Below are positions 31,703-33,914 of a stretch of DNA of 33,914 nucleotides, piece by piece. The stretch lies in NCBI GenBank assembly GCA_031372565.1, contig JANMLN010000064.1, forward strand, positions 1 through 33,914, given 5' to 3'. The stretch's first letter is position 1. Each line of letters opens with the position of its first letter. Source of the stretch: Gemmatimonadota bacterium. GTDB taxonomy: Bacteria; Gemmatimonadota; Gemmatimonadetes; Gemmatimonadales; Gemmatimonadaceae. Position numbers and translations under genes: made by a program. The notes below the pieces were generated by a model. The model was not told where the DNA came from and made no database searches. It saw only the letters and a list, made by a program, of their open reading frames with translations.

Positions 31703-33913
31703 TCAGCGCCGCGCCCGCTCCGGGGCCGCAGCCCGCACCGGTCGCACCCCGACGCCGAGCAACGGCGCCAGGTACCGTCCCGTGTGGCTCTCGGGCACCT
31801 GCGCGACCGCTTCGGGTGGCCCCATGGCCACCACGTGCCCGCCACCCGCGCCGGCTTCCGGCCCCATGTCGATGATCCAGTCCGCGCACTTGATCACGTC
31901 GAGGTGATGCTCGATGACCACCAACGTCTGCCCCGCGGCTAGCAGCCGGTCGAACACGCCCATCAGCTTGCGCACGTCGTCCAGATGCAGGCCGGTCGTT
32001 GGTTCATCGAGCACGTACACCTTCTTGCCGGCGTTCTTGCCCGCCGTGGCCAGTTCGCGCGCGATCTTGACCCGCTGCGCTTCGCCGCCCGAGAGGGTGG
32101 TGGCGGACTGTCCGAGCCGCAGGTACCCGAGCCCCACCTGCTGCAGCTCCCAGAGTCCCTGCGCGAGCTTGTCCTCGCGCGGAAAGAAGCGGATCGCTTC
32201 GTCGACCGTCAGCTGCAGCACGTCGTGAATGTTCTTGCCGAACCACGTCACCTCGAGCACCTCGGGGCGGAACCGCTTGCCGCCGCACTGCTCGCACGGC
32301 ACGAACACATCCGCCATGAACAGCATCTCGACCTCGATGGCGCCGGCCCCCTCGCACGTTTCGCACCGGCCTCCCTTCACGTTGAACGAGAAGGTGCCGG
32401 GCGAGTAGCGCCGTTGCTTCGCGAGCGGCACGGACGCGAACAGCTTCCGCACTTCGTCCCACGCCTTCACGTACGTGACCGGGTTCGAGCGCGGCGAGCG
32501 GCCGATCGGCTCCTGGTCCACGAGCACCACGCCCGTGAGATCGGACAGGCCGCTGAGCGTGTCGTACGTGCCGACCTGCTCGCCCAAGTGCTGCTTGGCG
32601 GTGTGCTCGCCGGTGAGTTCGAGTTCCAGCGCGCGGTAGAGCACGTCGTGCACGAGCGTGCTCTTGCCCGAGCCGCTCACGCCGGTGACCACCGTCAGCG
32701 CACCGTGCGGAATCTTGATGTCCACGCCGTGCAGCGTGTGGGCGCGTGCGCCGCTGAGCGTGATCCAGCGCGGTCCGGCGCCCCGCCGACGTGCGGGCAC
32801 GGGAATCGACTTGGCGCCCGTGATGTATTGTCCCGTCAGCGGGCTCTCGCTCGCGTTCGCCATCGGTCCGGAGAACACCAGGCGTCCGCCTTTCTCGCCC
32901 GAGCCGGGCCCCAACTCGACCATCCAGTCGGCGATGCGCATCGCCTCGAGATCGTGCTCCACCATGATCACCGTGTTGCCACCGGTGCGGAGTCGCGCGA
33001 GCAATCCCAGCAGTCGATCGAGGTCGCGCGCGTGCAACCCGATGCTCGGCTCGTCGAGCACGTACAGCGTATCGACGAGACGGGCGCCGAGCGCGTTGGC
33101 GAGGCCGATGCGCTGTGCTTCGCCCCCTGACAAGGTGCGCGTGGCGCGGTGCAACGAGAGGTAGCCGAGTCCGACATCATCGAGGAAGTCGACGCGATCC
33201 TGTGCCTCGCTGATCACGTGTGCCGCCACCCGCCGCTCGAACGCGGTGAGCACGAGTCCGCGCAGCCAGGCACGCAGGTCCTTCACCATCATCTCGGAGA
33301 CATGCGCGATCGTCTTGTCGTCCACGCGCACGTTGAGCGCGTCCGCGATGAGCTTGGTGCCGCCGCAGCTGCCGCACGTCCTGGCGCTCTGGTACTGCCG
33401 CAGGAAAACGCGAATGTACTGCTTGTAGCGCTTCTCCTCGAGCGACGCGAGGTGCACGAGAATTCCCTGGAAGCTCTTGCCCGTGGCGTTGAGCATCCGG
33501 TCGCGCTGGGCCGGGGTGAGCTGGGCCCAGGGCAGGTCGAGCGGGATCTTCTCCTTCTTGCAGAACTCGGCCACCGCGCGGCGCTTGTTCTCGTAGCGCG
33601 GCTTGGTCCACGGGTCGATGGCACCACCGGCGATCGTGCGCTGCGGGTCGGGGATGATGAGCGCTTCGTCGTACGCGAGCACGGCGCCGAAGCCGTTGCA
33701 GGTGGGGCAGGCGCCGCGCGGATTGTTGAACGAGAAGAGCTGCGGCGTGGGGACGGGCGCGCGCGTGTGGTCGAACGCGCACTCGAACCGTTCGGTGAAG
33801 GGCAGGCGCGTGACCGGTCGTGGGGTGCGCCGCGAAGGCACAGGGTTTTGGTGGGGGGGGGGGATCCAGTGGGTGGGGGCGGGGGAGACGCGCGGGTGGG
33901 GGGCCCAGGACGG
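31703..33913 (-). CDS. uvrA: Excinuclease ABC subunit UvrA (5'-partial)
   Basis: FSFNNPRGACPTC, LSGGEAQR twice, LDEPSIGLH, GVSGSGKST, RSNPVTY, LDEPTTGLH. Frame stays open to the window edge; the first Walker A region is not in the window. Confidence 0.93.
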   Translation of the reverse strand, partial: PSWAPHPRVSPAPTHWIPPPHQNPVPSRRTPRPVTRLPFTERFECAFDHTRAPVPTPQLFSFNNPRGACPTCNGFGAVLAYDEALIIPDPQRTIAGGAIDPWTKPRYENKRRAVAEFCKKEKIPLDLPWAQLTPAQRDRMLNATGKSFQGILVHLASLEEKRYKQYIRVFLRQYQSARTCGSCGGTKLIADALNVRVDDKTIAHVSEMMVKDLRAWLRGLVLTAFERRVAAHVISEAQDRVDFLDDVGLGYLSLHRATRTLSGGEAQRIGLANALGARLVDTLYVLDEPSIGLHARDLDRLLGLLARLRTGGNTVIMVEHDLEAMRIADWMVELGPGSGEKGGRLVFSGPMANASESPLTGQYITGAKSIPVPARRRGAGPRWITLSGARAHTLHGVDIKIPHGALTVVTGVSGSGKSTLVHDVLYRALELELTGEHTAKQHLGEQVGTYDTLSGLSDLTGVVLVDQEPIGRSPRSNPVTYVKAWDEVRKLFASVPLAKQRRYSPGTFSFNVKGGRCETCEGAGAIEVEMLFMADVFVPCEQCGGKRFRPEVLEVTWFGKNIHDVLQLTVDEAIRFFPREDKLAQGLWELQQVGLGYLRLGQSATTLSGGEAQRVKIARELATAGKNAGKKVYVLDEPTTGLHLDDVRKLMGVFDRLLAAGQTLVVIEHHLDVIKCADWIIDMGPEAGAGGGHVVAMGPPEAVAQVPESHTGRYLAPLLGVGVRPVRAAAPERARR

Positions 33914-33914
33914 G

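Noticed and set aside
33815..33914. G-run-rich tract as a G-quadruplex element or Pro-rich UvrA insertion
   Set aside because: It lies at the window edge and loses UvrA-like sequence and normal codon usage; most simply a low-quality contig-end (poly-G) artefact. Raw reads are needed to decide.

Overview
High-GC bacterial chromosomal segment; the gene repertoire (membrane Ser/Thr kinase-TPR receptors, TMTC-like glycosyltransferase, DUF5916 protein) suggests Gemmatimonadota, which is an inference. Left to right: the end of a probable IS30-family element and a REP-like tandem repeat; a metY-metX-hom operon under a consensus sigma70 promoter and a SAM-II-like riboswitch; a DUF5916-type protein; a PAP2 phosphatase; two lytic transglycosylases; moaC and holB; a cytochrome b/molybdo-oxidoreductase pair; a membrane protein-wHTH-uppS module; an nhaR-like LysR regulator; icd-purE-purK; a TMTC-like glycosyltransferase; two Ser/Thr kinases flanking an MFS transporter; a lipoprotein with a candidate sigma54 promoter; tRNA-Asn(GTT); and a partial uvrA. 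I found no CRISPR array, prophage, integrase or defence island, and no clear-cut new multi-gene system. The best leads are the SAM-II riboswitch with a terminator and operator-like palindromes, the membrane protein-wHTH-uppS module, the lipoprotein with a synonymously diverged decapeptide repeat, a recurring leaderless-mRNA signature, and a DnaA box upstream of holB. All family assignments come from motif recognition by eye; no searches were run.
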